Assembly: GCA_951406725.2 (NCBI GenBank)
Contig: OX597815.1
Span: forward strand, 194,370,001-194,434,000
Direction of reading: 5' to 3'
Source of the DNA: Octopus vulgaris
Taxonomy: Eukaryota
DNA length: 64,000 nt
Shown here: in pieces, positions 1 to 13,658 of the stretch
Position numbering within the stretch: the first letter of the stretch is position 1
Layout: every line of letters starts with the position of its first letter
Notes under the pieces: generated by a model
What the model saw: the letters and a program-made list of their open reading frames with translations, nothing else
Told to the model about the DNA's origin: nothing
Databases searched by the model: none
Made by a program: the position numbers and the translations under genes

Positions 1-121
1 AGCAAGTGGATTACATCAACCCCAATGCCCAACCGATACTTATTTTATCGATCCCAAAAGAATGAATGGCAAAGTCGACTTTGGTGGAATTATTTCAACT
101 ATTATTGAAAATACGGAAGTA

Positions 122-654
122 CGAGCATAACACCCCCGTCCATTGGACGGTGCTGAGTTGTCAAACATTTAAACCAAATTTTCTCAAAACAACTTGTCCG
201 ACCGTCCCATAGGCCTCCCCTTTGAGCAACACTGACTTAACCTAAATTTGAGACACCAGCAAAAGAAGAAATAAAGACAGATTTTTTTTTCTATTCCAAA
301 GAAAAACGATTTTATTCACTTTATCGATCGCATTCTCACCTGGAATCGATTTTTATAATTTTTTCCAGACTTATACACGCCCTGATACCTATTTCTTTAC
401 TACCGACAAGGGGCTAAACACAGAGGGGACAAACAAGGACAGACAAACGGATTAAGTCGATTATATCGACCCCAGTGCGTAACTGGTACTTATTTTATCG
501 ACCCCGGAAGGATGAAAGGCAAAGTCGACCTCGGTGGAATTTGAACTGATACCGTCGGTATCTACATTTCAAATTTGAGCGCAATCTGATGGAGGATGCC
601 CGAGATCCTAGAAGACATAGACATACACAGACAGACCAGATTTTATATAATAGA
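122..654 (-). mobile_element. Non-autonomous Helitron, family H1, carrying an internal SINE fragment
   Basis: Minus strand begins A|TCTATTATATAAAAT and ends with hairpin CCGTCCAATGGACGG then CTCG|T; homologous to 1782-2326 and 48469-48896. Confidence 0.75.
386..547 (-). mobile_element. SINE family A internal unit inserted in Helitron
   Basis: Matches SINE A body and tail (gtcgacctcgg...ctatttcttt); flanked by ctgatacc on both sides. Confidence 0.8.
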
Positions 655-877
655 TAATTAAAATAATTATTATTGAATTGGTGGGTGTTTGGAACATAAA
701 TTAATATGTAATTTTGATGGAAGTCTTTAATTCAGATAAAGGAAACTTACATCATAGAACCGGGATCGGTCCCGGCTAGGTTGCTATGTATCAAAATAAT
801 ATACTATTTTTTAATGATATTTTCAAAATATTTGGTAAAAAGGAGAAGGAATATTGTCGCCAACAGTATTGTTTATT

Positions 878-1164
878 TTTATTTATGCGCCCTTTTCAAG
901 CTTAGCCGGGATCATGGGCCCGGTTTCTCGGTTTCTATGGCGTATGTGTTCCTCGCAGCGTTACTCAAGAAACATGACGAAAGAGTGAAAGAAAGTTGGG
1001 GTGAAAGAGTACAACAGGGGTCGCCCCCCCCCCTGCCGGAGCATCGTGGAGCTATTAAGTGTTTTCGCTCAATAAACACACACACTACGCTCGGTCTGGG
1101 AATCGAAACCGCGATCCTCTTACCGCGAGTCCGCTGCCCTGACCGCTGGGCCATTGCGCCTCCA
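878..1164 (-). mobile_element. tRNA(Arg)-like-headed SINE, family C
   Basis: Minus strand GGAGGCGCAATGGCCCAGCGGTCAGGGCAGCGGACTCGCGG...GGTTTCGATTCCC gives A and B boxes; same head at 18133, 57143, 60775. Confidence 0.85.
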
Positions 1165-1569
1165 AAGTATTGTTTATACACATTGTAAAAAATATTTCCA
1201 AAGCTTAACATACTTACCTAGATAATTCTAATTGATGGAAGAGAAAAAAATGTTTCTTTTACAAATATCTTTGTCGTAATGCTCGAAAGAAGATTCTTCG
1301 TCGCCTTTTTTCTTTCTCTCCTTTTTTTTTGTCTTACACTTTTTAAAAACTGCATCGTATCTAATGGCTAACATAACTCAATATTACTAAGTTTTCAATC
1401 ATGTATGACTGTTATGAAATTCATCAAACATTTGCACCTGTATTACTGTCTATCTTTGTGAAACTCATTGAAATTTGTATGAAGATTTGATTTGTTAAGC
1501 TTGTTTTTCCGAATTTTCCCTGGTAACTTCAACCCCCACCCCAAACCGTTTATTTATTTATTTTTTATT

Positions 1570-1619
1570 TACCATCGATAAACAAAAGAAAAATAATAAT
1601 TGTCGAAACCGGTTTGGTA
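1570..1619 (+). ncRNA. Degenerate minimal hammerhead-like motif
   Basis: tacca-TCGATAA-acaa..ttgt-c-GAAA-CCGG-TT-tggta; 5-bp helix I, palindromic helix III ACCGGU, core diverged. Confidence 0.45.
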
Positions 1620-1737
1620 TATTAATAAATCTATTACAAAATTTTAAAACGACTACACATTTTAAGACTCCAAGTGCATTTGCAAACTCCAAAACATATT
1701 CGATTATATTCTTTTCTGCGTGTGAATACACTTATTT

Positions 1738-1781
<44 letters not shown>

Positions 1782-1782
<1 letters not shown>

Positions 1783-2325
1783 CTATTATATAAAATCCAT
1801 TCTCTCTGTCTGTGTGTCTCTTCTAGGATCTCGCGCATCTTCCATCCGATTGCGCTCAAATTTGATATGTAGATACCGACGGTATCAGAGCGTGTATAAG
1901 TCTTGAAAAAATTACAAAAATCGATTCCAGGGGAGAATGCGATCGATAAAGCCGTTTTTGTCCTGCTTTTCTTCCGTCAACTTGTACATAACTGCACCTT
2001 CCATTTTTTTGTTGTATTTGTACTACTTAAAGGCACGTTTCTTTCCTACCAAGCCTACTGTTTAAACCATGTTTGTGTTCTCCCAGTCAACAGCCTTATC
2101 ATTACTGGTACTTTAAACTCTTCGGTTGCATATTTGTGTGAATAAAATCGTTTTTCTTTGGAATAGAAAAAAGTCTATCTTTATTTCTTCTTTTACTGGT
2201 ATCTCAAATTTAGGTTAAATCAGTGTTTCTCAAAGGGGAGGCCTATGGGACGGTCGGATAAGTTGTATTGAGAAAATTTGGTTTAAATGTTTGACAACTC
2301 AGCACCGTCCATTAGCCTTTTGCTC

Positions 2326-2326
<1 letters not shown>
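1782..2326 (+). mobile_element. Non-autonomous Helitron H1
   Basis: A|TCTATTATATAAAATCC ... CTCG|T between (CA)n and (TA)n; 3' hairpin partly deleted. Confidence 0.75.
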
Positions 2327-2376
<50 letters not shown>

Positions 2377-2867
2377 CGATTTCAGCACTTCGTTCATCTC
2401 GACGCTCTCGAAGGCCTTTTCCTAATCAACAAAACAATACACAGAGGAAGCTTGTATTCGTTCGCTTGTTCTTTGAGCTGTGTAAGAGTGAACATGGGAG
2501 CTGTCGTACTATTTTATTCTTACGGAAAACCTGCTTGCTCTCTCAGATGCTGGTCGTCGAGACGTTTTGATAGTTTGGTGACTATGACCTTTGGAATGGA
2601 AGGTGTCGAGGTGCAATACATCAAACTACCCAAAGACACGAATCCTGGATGAATCTAGGAAGTGTAATTTCCAGGCGAGTGATGTGATCTGAGACCATCT
2701 GCTGAAATTGAGACAATTATTGAGTAGAAGACGGATTTTTAACCATACAAATTACACAAAACTTGTTAACTTCACCGAATAATAAATGGTCAAGCGAAAT
2801 TAACGATTTTTGTGTGCTTTCGAATGGCTAATACGTGTCTTCCACGCTGTAATTCTTTTAGAAATTC

Positions 2868-2882
2868 ATATACATACATACA

Positions 2883-2916
<34 letters not shown>

Positions 2917-2917
2917 C

Positions 2918-2950
<33 letters not shown>

Positions 2951-2992
2951 CATACATATACATACATACATATACATACATACATATATACA

Positions 2993-3062
<70 letters not shown>

Positions 3063-3086
3063 TATACACAAATATATACTCATCTT

Positions 3087-3148
<62 letters not shown>

Positions 3149-3150
3149 CA
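2868..3150. repeat. Compound (TACA)n/(TA)n/(TC)n microsatellite
   Basis: Direct reading. Confidence 0.95.
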
Positions 3151-3678
3151 TATGTATCTTTACATTTACAATCACACACGCATAAATACATATACATGCA
3201 TGCAATTATATCTATTTGTCTGTCTATATATGTGCATATGTGTGTATGTGTTTGTGTGTTCATGGGCATGTGCATGAGTGTATGTCTTATGTGTGCATGC
3301 GCGCGTGTGTATTATCGATATATCTGTACACAATCACAAATTAATCGATGAAAGAAAACAATATTCTGCACGTGTAGTTTTAGTGTTTGTATTAGCAGAT
3401 TGATTCAGAATCGAATTACTGGAAGTTTCAAAGTTACAAACAGAAAACGAAGAAAATGGATAAACACATATGTGAAATTCCAAGATCTGCAATCTTGAGT
3501 CACGCAGTTAATATCATTATATAATATTGCAGAAACACTGCCCTTAGGGAAGTCTTCTGATAGCCATTATAATGGCCAGATTGTGAGAGGGAGAGACTTC
3601 GCCAGGTCTGAAAATGGCTAAGACCTAGTGTATGTCCCAACAGCATCCTTAAGACCATGTCGGGAGTTGAGGGCCACG

Positions 3679-3728
<50 letters not shown>

Positions 3729-3769
3729 GAAAGAAGGTTTGAAAATGCAGTTTTAAAAGATGTTTATTC

Positions 3770-3812
3770 ACTTGACCGGTTTCACTTTTTTAGAAAAAAG
3801 GTTGTCAAAAGT
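3770..3812 (-). ncRNA. Minimal hammerhead-like motif
   Basis: Minus: actt-TTGACAA-cctttttt ct aaaaaagt-GAAA-CCGG-TC-aagt; helix I 4 bp, GUC site, palindromic helix III. Confidence 0.55.
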
Positions 3813-4554
3813 AAAATGTAAAAGCTTTGTAAAAGCTTTGTTGTGTTAAGTACTGGTTGTCACAGAAGTATTAAAATACATATATACATTCTTTGATAAT
3901 AATAAGAAAATATTAAAAACTGTTTACAAAAAGTATTAGGAGTTCAATAAAAATCATGTTTGTTTGGAAGTCTCTATATACATACACAGAAGAAGTATTA
4001 GGAGTTCAATAAAAATCATGTTTGTAACTATATATATACATAGAAGGAGATATATTTAGGAGTTTACAAAGAATTTGAGATGAACTGACCTGTTTTAGCA
4101 TTTTTAAAATTTTGTGTGAAGCTAACAGAACCTGACTCAAGATGTGTCCTGGGTAACTTTGTCTCTGAGCACACTTTCTTTATATACAATATCTTCCAGG
4201 ACAGAGAAGAGGGATCATTTTCACTTTACTGTTGTGATTGTCATGTCAACCCTTTGTGGAAGCACTGCTCATAAATACGCGATTATAAAGGACTTATGCC
4301 ACGTGATCACGTGACCGACCAGGCTATCAGATGCTGTTGCACATCGCTGGTCACACTGAGGTTTTGCATTGTTTTAGCCTTCAAATGACGCCACCCCGCT
4401 GGCAAGGCGAGCAGACCAACATCCGAACCTCACCCCCGATCGAAAGGGGGACTGGAGCATCATGAAATACTGTTTTGCTCAAGAACACAATGCGCTGCCC
4501 ACTCAGGGAATCGAACCCATGATGTAGCAATCGTGAGTATAACAGCCTAACCAC

Positions 4555-4955
4555 TCTTTACTCTTACTCTTTTACTTGTTTCAGTCATGTGACTGTGGTC
4601 ATGCTGGAGCACCGCCTTTAGTCGAACAAATCGACCCTATGACTTATTCTTTGTAAGCTTAGTATTTATTCTATCGGTCTCTTTTGCCGAACCGCTAGGT
4701 TACGGGGATGTAAACACACCACCATCGGTTGTCAAGCGATGTTAGGGGGACAAACACAGACACAAACATATACACACATACATATATATACATATATACG
4801 ACGGGCTTCTTTCAGTTTCCGTAGACCAAATCTACTAACAAGGCTTTTGTCGGCCCGAGGCTATAGTAGAAGACACTTGCCCAAGTTGCACGCAGTGGGA
4901 CTGAACCCGGAACCATGTGGTTGGTAAGCAAGCTACATACCACACAGCCACTCTA
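4555..4955 (-). mobile_element. tRNA-derived SINE family B
   Basis: Head GAGTGGCTGTGTGGTA..GGGTTCAGTCCC, internal microsatellite, tail GCGGTGCTCCAGCATG..GAAACAAGTAAAAGAG; matches 42686-43152. Confidence 0.9.
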
Positions 4956-5234
4956 GCACGCCTTCATATGGGACTTAAGCAAATCTTGAAATCCGATTCA
5001 TGTACATAGTGTGTTCTTGGTAGCTAGTTCGATTTGAATATTTCGATATTGTGTTTCGTCTCGGTCAATAACATCATTCCATTGATATTGGACCAGTTGA
5101 TTTCTGTTCTCTGTTCACCGAGTTAGAGCATATTAAGAATAGAAATATTAAAAATAGAAATCGCTATACGTAGAGTGCTCGATATAATTTTTTATATTTA
5201 TTCTGTTGCACGGTGCATGCATACACACATATAC

Positions 5235-5314
<80 letters not shown>

Positions 5315-5498
5315 TGTTATCCCACCCATATAGAAAACGATTCTCTCTTTATTTCCTTCGCCTAATTTGATGAAATTAAACGCAAAATAATTTAATATTT
5401 TTATATAAAAGCGTATATCTTTACGTTGAATGTAAACAAACCATTAAAAAATACCCGATTATCTAAAGTAAAACAACAACATTAAGAAAAACAGCAAT

Positions 5499-5545
<47 letters not shown>

Positions 5546-6004
5546 GTATACATACATGTGTACATACATGCATATATTCATATATAACTACACGTATACA
5601 TGTATGCGTATTTGTATATGCATTGCGTGCATAATTGTATGTCATTTATATATATGTATGCCTGTGTGTCTGTGTTTGTTGTGTGAGTGAGTACGCGTGT
5701 AGCGAACTTCCACCATGGGTCATCACAATTGCTTAAGGTAAAAATGAATTCCTCGCTCTTTCGGAAACATCAATCTTCTGTATTGACCGCTTTCCACCAC
5801 TTTGATCTGTTTTTTGTATTGAATACGTATCGCCACCGTGGGCCACTGCATCGAACACTTTGAACATATACTACAAACTATATATCAACTATACATGAAC
5901 TATGTATCAACTATACATGAACTCTAAGATGTCTGACTCCGTTGTGTATTATAAATGAATTTCTTGTGTTTGACGGCATGAGCTGTCTCTTTTTATATAT
6001 AACT

Positions 6005-6046
6005 TTTTTTGATAAGGTTCATTTCAGGAACTGAAACATGTTATAA
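6005..6046 (+). ncRNA. Degenerate minimal hammerhead-like motif
   Basis: TTGATAA-ggttc atttcag gaact-GAAA-CATG-T; palindrome ACAUGU; helix I weak. Confidence 0.45.
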
Positions 6047-6244
6047 TGTATATATAAAAATTAAAAATTGTATAATACAGCAGCATTTTCGAACTTCATT
6101 TTTTACAAATATATATATATATATATATATATATGTTATATACATTATGTACATATATTAATATATAATACACGTATCTATTTATATGTGTGTACTTGTG
6201 TGTGTGTTTGCATATGTATGTATATCTATGTATATCTATCAACA

Positions 6245-6284
<40 letters not shown>

Positions 6285-6602
6285 CACGCATGTATGTATA
6301 CATATATGTATCTGCATTTGTGCTGTGCACATAATTGTGTCCTTATATATATATATACAAACATACATATATTCATACATACACACACTCACACGCATAC
6401 ACACACACATATATATATATACAATTTTATTCTTTTACTTGTTTCAGTCATTTGACTCTAGCCATACTGGAGCAGTGTGTGTATGTTCATGTGTAAATGT
6501 GTTTGTACACATATGTATATCCTTCTCTCTCCCTATCTCTCTCTCTCTCATACACACTTATATATATATATGTGTGTATATATCTATATCTATCTCACTT
6601 TG

Positions 6603-6920
<318 letters not shown>

Positions 6921-7286
6921 TTATTCTATCTCTAATACATGCAGAATCATACACCCATGCACACACATGTAACCAGTGAAATTATGAACTACACTGAACC
7001 AAATCAAAGATGTATCAAATAAGAAAAGATCTTTTCTTCTACGCTTCTTTCCCCCGAAGCTCATTTAAATAGAAACAATGTCAAAACACAAAACCGAACC
7101 GTGATGCAAATATACTGTATAAAGTTTAACTAAAGAAAACAATGAGATTGCAAGAAATTATACAATTATTTTCTTCAATATTTACTTTTCAATGATAGCG
7201 TGAAAGAGAACCTTATTTAATTGAGCTGTATGACGTTGTTAATAGAGCCCAGCTGGAACAAAACAAATACCCAACTCGAAACACGC

Positions 7287-7289
7287 ATA

Positions 7290-7356
<67 letters not shown>

Positions 7357-7700
7357 GTATATTTATAAGTTTATATATATATGTGTGTATATATGTGTGT
7401 GTATATATATATATATATGTATATATATATGTATATATATATGTATATACATATGTATATATATATGGATATATATATGTATTTATATATATATGTATAT
7501 ATATGTATTCATATATATATATATATATGTATTTATATATATATGTATATATATATATGTGTATATATGCATATATATATGCATATATATATATATACAT
7601 ATATATATGCATATATATATATACATATATATATATACATATATATACATATATATATATACATATATATATACATATATATATATATTTATATATACAT
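7287..7700. repeat. Degenerate (TA)n/(TATG)n microsatellite
   Basis: Direct reading. Confidence 0.95.
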
Positions 7701-8049
7701 GCATACAAACATGAATGTATGTATACATGCATGTAGATGTATATATGAAAGAGAATATCTAGTGGAGACAATGAGTGTATCAAAGAATCTTGTCAGTGTA
7801 CTAGGAAGCCCGTGGGGTCAATACGATAACCTGACTGAACGTATCGTCTGATATTTAGGTGAGCCAATGAAAAGCACGGATCTCGTGAGCCCTTCGTTAG
7901 AATCCGTTTACAGTAGAATAACTCTATGCTGATAACTGGTGAAAATAAGGGCGTAACTGAAAACTTGTTAAATCATTATATTCGCTTTCCTTAATCTGGG
8001 AGACACAAGTTTGTTGTTGTCTAGTCTTTGTGTTGTTTGTATTCCGTTG

Positions 8050-8109
<60 letters not shown>

Positions 8110-8438
8110 CATAGTTGTGTGCCTTTGTGTGTGTGGTGCGTTGTCAAATGCTTCGTTTGTACAATTTTAGGTTAGTCCTTTAGCCAGACGTTTCATGTTA
8201 GTCTTCTGTCATTGTACTTATTTTTGTTAGTTTTTAATTTAGTTGTTTCAGTTTTGGTATGTTCTGTGTAGACTTCATGTTTCGCTCTTATTTGGTCGTC
8301 GTCGTTGTTGTTGTTTTTATATACAATGTCTTTAGGTCATTAAATTCTGATAAGCGCTATGTGCTTAGATAAATTATGACGTTAGTTGCTCAGATCGTAC
8401 TTGGTTGCTCAAGATTACTTGTAAACGTCACATTTAAA

Positions 8439-8507
<69 letters not shown>

Positions 8508-8624
8508 AGAAAATGGTGTCAATGAGACCCAAAGGTATCAGGTAATGCTGAATAAGTGCTATAGACAAACCACTATTTTGTATCACATCGAAACTAACTA
8601 TCTCTTAATTTTTCCTCTCACACC

Positions 8625-8677
8625 GTCTCCGATGAAGGGATATTATTAATTAATATCCTAGAAACAGCTGTATATAC
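8625..8677 (+). ncRNA. Minimal hammerhead-like motif (CCGAUGA family) in a (TA)n-flanked module 8505-8730
   Basis: gtct-CCGATGA-agggatatt..aatatcct-a-GAAA-CAGCTG-TA; homologue at 22251-22302. Confidence 0.6.
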
Positions 8678-9299
8678 CTTCTATCTACACAGCCTTGGTT
8701 TTATATCTTATTACGCAAAAAATTCTTATATATATATATAATTAGTTCAAGGCAAGTTGCAGCAGAAATTGCTAAAAAAGTAGAATGCTAGATACCATGT
8801 GTTGCCGTAGCTTCCGGTTCGGACTACAAATGTCTTTCGACATCAACTGTATATATGAGGGCAGTCTCTTGTAGTCCTAGAAAAAGTCTGTCCTGCAATT
8901 CCTTGCTGAACAAACCTGTATGAATGGTTTGTTCATAGCCACCAAATGTATGCACTGTACATTCGGTCTGTCCTTCTATCAAATCGACGTTGCCTAAACA
9001 TGTAGATGGTGTACCACATATAGGGTGTCGAAGTGGTCGTATAGAAACGTGAGATGAGGTGTTTTGCTCAAGAACACAGGGCACCATCTGGTTCAGCCAA
9101 GGATGTCAACTTGCTCTTCTTTTTGGCTCATGTTTTGTAGTTTAGAAAGTGGGATTAGTTCTGTGCAAAACATTTCCTCGCCGAAAAACAAAGTGTTTAC
9201 CCTCAGTCCTTTCAATTGCATCCACCACACAGTCTCTTTTACTGTTGCCAACAGACATAAGAAAACCGCTTACCCTGCCAAGTCATAGGAATTTAGCGA

Positions 9300-9780
9300 A
9301 GTGATCTTCACGATAACCCGACTGATAGTTGCTTGTTTCCTACGCGTGATAGCAGCTGTTAGACATAACTCCACAAGCAGTGATCGACCCCTGTACAAGC
9401 TTGTGCAGAACGGTTTCGTCGTTCTGCGCGCATCTCAGGCAGGTGTAGCTAACTGCGTTACCATGCGTGTAGAGTTTATCTTTAACCGGCAATGCCACTC
9501 TGTAGCACTTGCAGGCCAAGGATTTCTGGGAAGTATCTTTGGGCCTCGGCTTAAAAATCCTCCGAAGAAGACTTGGCTTGGTGATTTCCATCGACGCTCA
9601 GAGTTACCCTGAGGACTCATCTCGTTAACCCCACTCGGCACTAATCCTTTATGGAAGATCATAATGGAAACATCCTCCGATTGGTAGAAGGCTGTGAACG
9701 TTTGACGACACACTAGGTGTCATTCGTCCTGCCATGGTTCGCTCTTGATTGAAGGGCTGCAGTTCTGTCCAAGAGACGAA
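9300..9780 (-). pseudogene. Tx1/L1-type LINE ORF2 C-terminal zinc-finger (zf-RVT) relic
   Basis: Translates ..CYRVALPVKDKLYTHG..CLRCAQNDETVLH; paralogous to 24597-25110. Confidence 0.7.
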
Positions 9781-10013
9781 CCTATTATCTTTAAATAGTG
9801 AAGTTTTACATAGACACAAGACTGATGTTGCTGAGAGAGGTTTGCAACCGATTACATAATTAAATCATGTGATTAATATTTTATATTTTTCTCGAAACAA
9901 CTGAGAATATAGAGTAACGATCGGCAGAAAGGATCCTCGAGGGACCAATGCGTATTTTTATTGGTCCTGAAATGACAGAGATAAAATAAACAATATGAAA
10001 GACTAAGTATTCA

Positions 10014-10556
10014 GTATATTAATAGTTATCGCTAAGCTAATATGGCAGTCCAGAAGGTTATAATGTACGAAGGTTATAATGGCCTCTTGGAACTAATCAA
10101 TGGCAGCATTCATCCTATATTTCTGGACTGCCATATTAGCTTGGCGATAACTATTAATATCCAACACCGCTGCCGTAGTCTCCTTTAGAGAGACGTAGAA
10201 ATATTAATATTTCTATTCTTGGAAACCAGTGGATGTATTCCACTGAATTTTGGTAAATAATCTTTCGAACAGACGGTCAGTAACGTCGCCTTGATAAAGG
10301 GCAAATACCCTGAAACTAGTCTGCAGATGCCTGACCAGCAAGGGGAAGTGGCTGACCTCGCCTGTTCGAAGGTTATAATGAACACAGGTTCGTGTGTCAC
10401 ATAGCTAGTAGAGGCGATGGCGTCTTGGAGCTAATCAACGGCAGCATTCGTCCTATATTTCTGGACTGCGATATTAGCTTGGCGATGACTATTAATATCC
10501 AGTACCGCTGCCGTAGTCTCCTTTAGAGAGACTTAGAAATATTAATATTTCTATTT
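10014..10556 (+). mobile_element. Small Penelope-like insertion: inverted 5' segment, direct repeats and a hammerhead motif
   Basis: 10-bp duplication taagtattca at 10004-10013 and 10557-10566; 40-bp inverted repeat 10016-10055/10121-10160; about 140-bp direct repeat. Confidence 0.55.
10285..10326 (+). ncRNA. Minimal hammerhead-like motif
   Basis: gtcgcc-TTGATAA-aggg caaata ccct-GAAA-CTAG-TC; palindrome ACUAGU. Confidence 0.55.
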
Positions 10557-12938
10557 TAAGTATTCAATATTATTAAACAAATTTAAATTTACACTTTAAT
10601 ACTTGAACCTTCTTCACCACGTTTGAGATTTCCTATATGTTTATTTACTTCAGCCTGACATTTCTGCTTTTTTTTTGTTCTGTTATACTTTCATCTTCAA
10701 AATGTCATATCATTTAATCCCAAATTCCATATCAATATCTTCACTGAACCTATGCCAAATTTTTCACTAACGAGTCTATTTACCTGCCATTATTTGTACG
10801 CTATTTTAAATTGTCCTTGACAAAAAAAAATAAAATAAATAAATAAAAATAAATAAATCAAAGAAGGAAAGAGAGAAAAGAGAATGATTGATTGTAGCCA
10901 ACTTGTTCTACATAATATATTCATTTCTTCGCATTATTAATGTTACTGATATGATATGTATCTCACAGAATACAAAGATTCCATTTTCATGTGTACACTA
11001 ACAAAAAATTTAACAGATGTTAGCTTATCTGATTTCTAACCTATTTTATTCGTCCAGAAAAAAAAAAGGAATGAAGCAAACCAGAATTTTCTTTTATTTC
11101 CCCAATGTCTAATATTGTTTTTGTTATTTATTTAGGGATGGTAACTGCAGAATTCTTCATAGATTATCCATACCAATACAAGCTTTCTATGGTTTTGAAA
11201 TATTGATACTTTTTACATTTGGTTTTCTGTCTTTTCTAAGATGTTACTTGGATATTAGATAAGCGTCGGTCTATTCAACATAAAGCTGGGCAAGATTCGG
11301 ATTATACAGAAAACAAAATCACTTATACTAAAAACCGAAACAAATATATAAAAACGAAACAAATATCTTTCATATATCTAAGTAGATAGCAGTTTACCAT
11401 TCCTCCACTGATATTGATAGCATAAGATTTTGTATTATTCGAAAAATACATCCAAAATTACTAATCATATATATAGAGAGAAACATTTCCATTTGCTTTT
11501 ATTTGTTAACGTATAAGTTAATACTGAGTCAAATTTTTTTTATGATGATTTAAAGAAATGGAATCGAGTGCAGATTGAACGAAGCCTTACTGGTTTCATG
11601 TTACTGTAGTTATATATTTTTTTATTATCTTCTTATACTACATACATACATATAGATTATTGTTACATATAATTTATTTGATCGTTGCTGGTAACTCTCC
11701 AGTTTTTCTGGAATCGGTTTTGTTTAGTGTTATTAAATGTGATTCTCTTATATATAATTTCTCTGATAAAATAAGATATCGGAGAAAAAAACCCCAAAAA
11801 AACAGAAAGATGTTTCAGCCATAAAATCGGCTTTAGCATATTTTTCTTTCTGATTTTATGCATTGTAATAAAAAAGTTTTCAATCCATCTTTATTTTTTC
11901 CCCATTCAAATAGCTTTCAGTGCAAACATTTGCTATCATTTTCAATCCTTACTGTGTTTCTCTATGATTTAGATATTTTGTTTTTCTTAATTTAGATTTA
12001 TATCGAAATCAATAACAAACGCCTATCCGACTGGATCATATGAATCTAAATCGGTAAAAATATTAATTCTAATATAATAGCTTCTGATATAGACAGAAGA
12101 CCAACAATTTATAAAAGGATGGGACTAGTTTATGCCACCGATCTCAGTACTTGAGTGCTACTTTAGTTCATAGACCCCGGGGTGGGAGAAGCTGAAAGGC
12201 AAAGTTGACGTCAGGATTTGAACTCAGGACATGAAGATCCGGATGAGGAACTATAAAGCAGTTTTACGACGCTCTAACGATTCTGCCAGCTTAATTCTTA
12301 TACTCTAAAATAATGGTTTCAAATTCTAGCACAAGGCCCGCACTTTTCGTGGGGTGGGTTTAATCGATTACTTCAATTCCAGTACTTGACTGATACTTTA
12401 TTGTATCGGCTCCTAAAGGATGAAAAGCAAAGTTGACTGTAGTATTTGAGCTCAGAACGTATATTGTGGTTAGTATATTTAGTACTACTTTTAGTGTATG
12501 AGAAAAAAAATAAGAGAAGGAAATCGATAACTAAAGCAATATTTTATATGAAGCTCATAAGCGTCATAGACAATAAATTAGGTAAATAATAATAAAAAAA
12601 AGACATCAGGAAACAAGCAGTCTGTAATTTTCTTTACTTTCCGGCCTGGCACTTTTCGATTTTATTTACACTATTACAACATTGCAAAAGTCATGAGCAT
12701 CACGCGATCTCATTAATCTCGACAATAAATTTGTGACGTTTGTTATTTGTATCTATATAAAATATTTTTATTAGTTTTTTTTTACTGGGTTTAGAGGTTC
12801 ATGCTGGAGCAATACTGTCAAGGTGTTGTTCAAGTTGGTCATATCGATCTCCAGTGTTTATTTTGTCAATCTTTGGTTATAGGAGAGTTTTTAATCATAT
12901 GTTGATGCAGAGGGACGCAACTCAACGCATATGCATGC

Positions 12939-13002
<64 letters not shown>

Positions 13003-13158
13003 TTCGTGTTACGTTAAGAAGCAGTGCACGGTACCGGATTTTCTGACTGAAGTCAAATATAACAAACAACTCGAAATTGTTGTTAGCGTATCCACTCAAG
13101 TGGAATCAAGACCTGGCACCGAGTCATATTAGTTGTAATGATGAAGGAAAACTTTCTG

Positions 13159-13237
13159 AAATCCTTGAGGAAGGTTTACGTAATGGCTGCAGTTCTTATA
13201 AATTACGCAAACCTGAAACGTATGTATTAAATGATTT
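13159..13237 (+). ncRNA. Hammerhead-like motif with long helix II
   Basis: TTGAGGA-aggtttacgtaat..attacgcaaacct-GAAA-CGTATG-TA; helix II about 13 bp. Confidence 0.5.
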
Positions 13238-13484
13238 CAAAATATAACTATTTGGCTTGACTTCATCCTTACAGCTATTTATATATATGTTACATATATA
13301 TTATATCATACCTTGATACTGTGTGGACTAAGATCCCCGGTGACAGGCCGATGGCATTTATAGAGTAGTAAACACTTTCGTTATGCAAATTAAGAATTCC
13401 TTCATAGAGTAACTACTGCATTTGTTGAGCAGATAAAGAGTTTGGTAGCTCGTTTGTCTGGAGACTGTCAGAATGAGATAGACG

Positions 13485-13525
13485 CCTCTGATGAGAGCCC
13501 AATACGGTTCAAAAATCGATTAAGT
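13485..13525 (+). ncRNA. Minimal hammerhead-like motif with G12A change
   Basis: ct-CTGATGA-gagcc caatac ggttc-AAAA-ATCGAT-TA-ag; palindrome AAUCGAUU; about 80 bp upstream of (TA)n. Confidence 0.55.
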
Positions 13526-13603
13526 TTGTTCATTATATCATTCAGTCTGCAGAGAAATTGGCTAAAATTTGCCCTGTTTATAATTATACCATATGCTACA
13601 CAC

Positions 13604-13656
<53 letters not shown>

Positions 13657-13658
<2 letters not shown>

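Noticed and set aside
1220-1229. Possible 10-nt minus-strand microexon (..caattAG aattatctag GTAAGT)
   Set aside because: Not frame-preserving and unsupported; such signals arise by chance
11136-11262. Acceptor-like site followed by a short open frame
   Set aside because: No recognisable protein and no donor site
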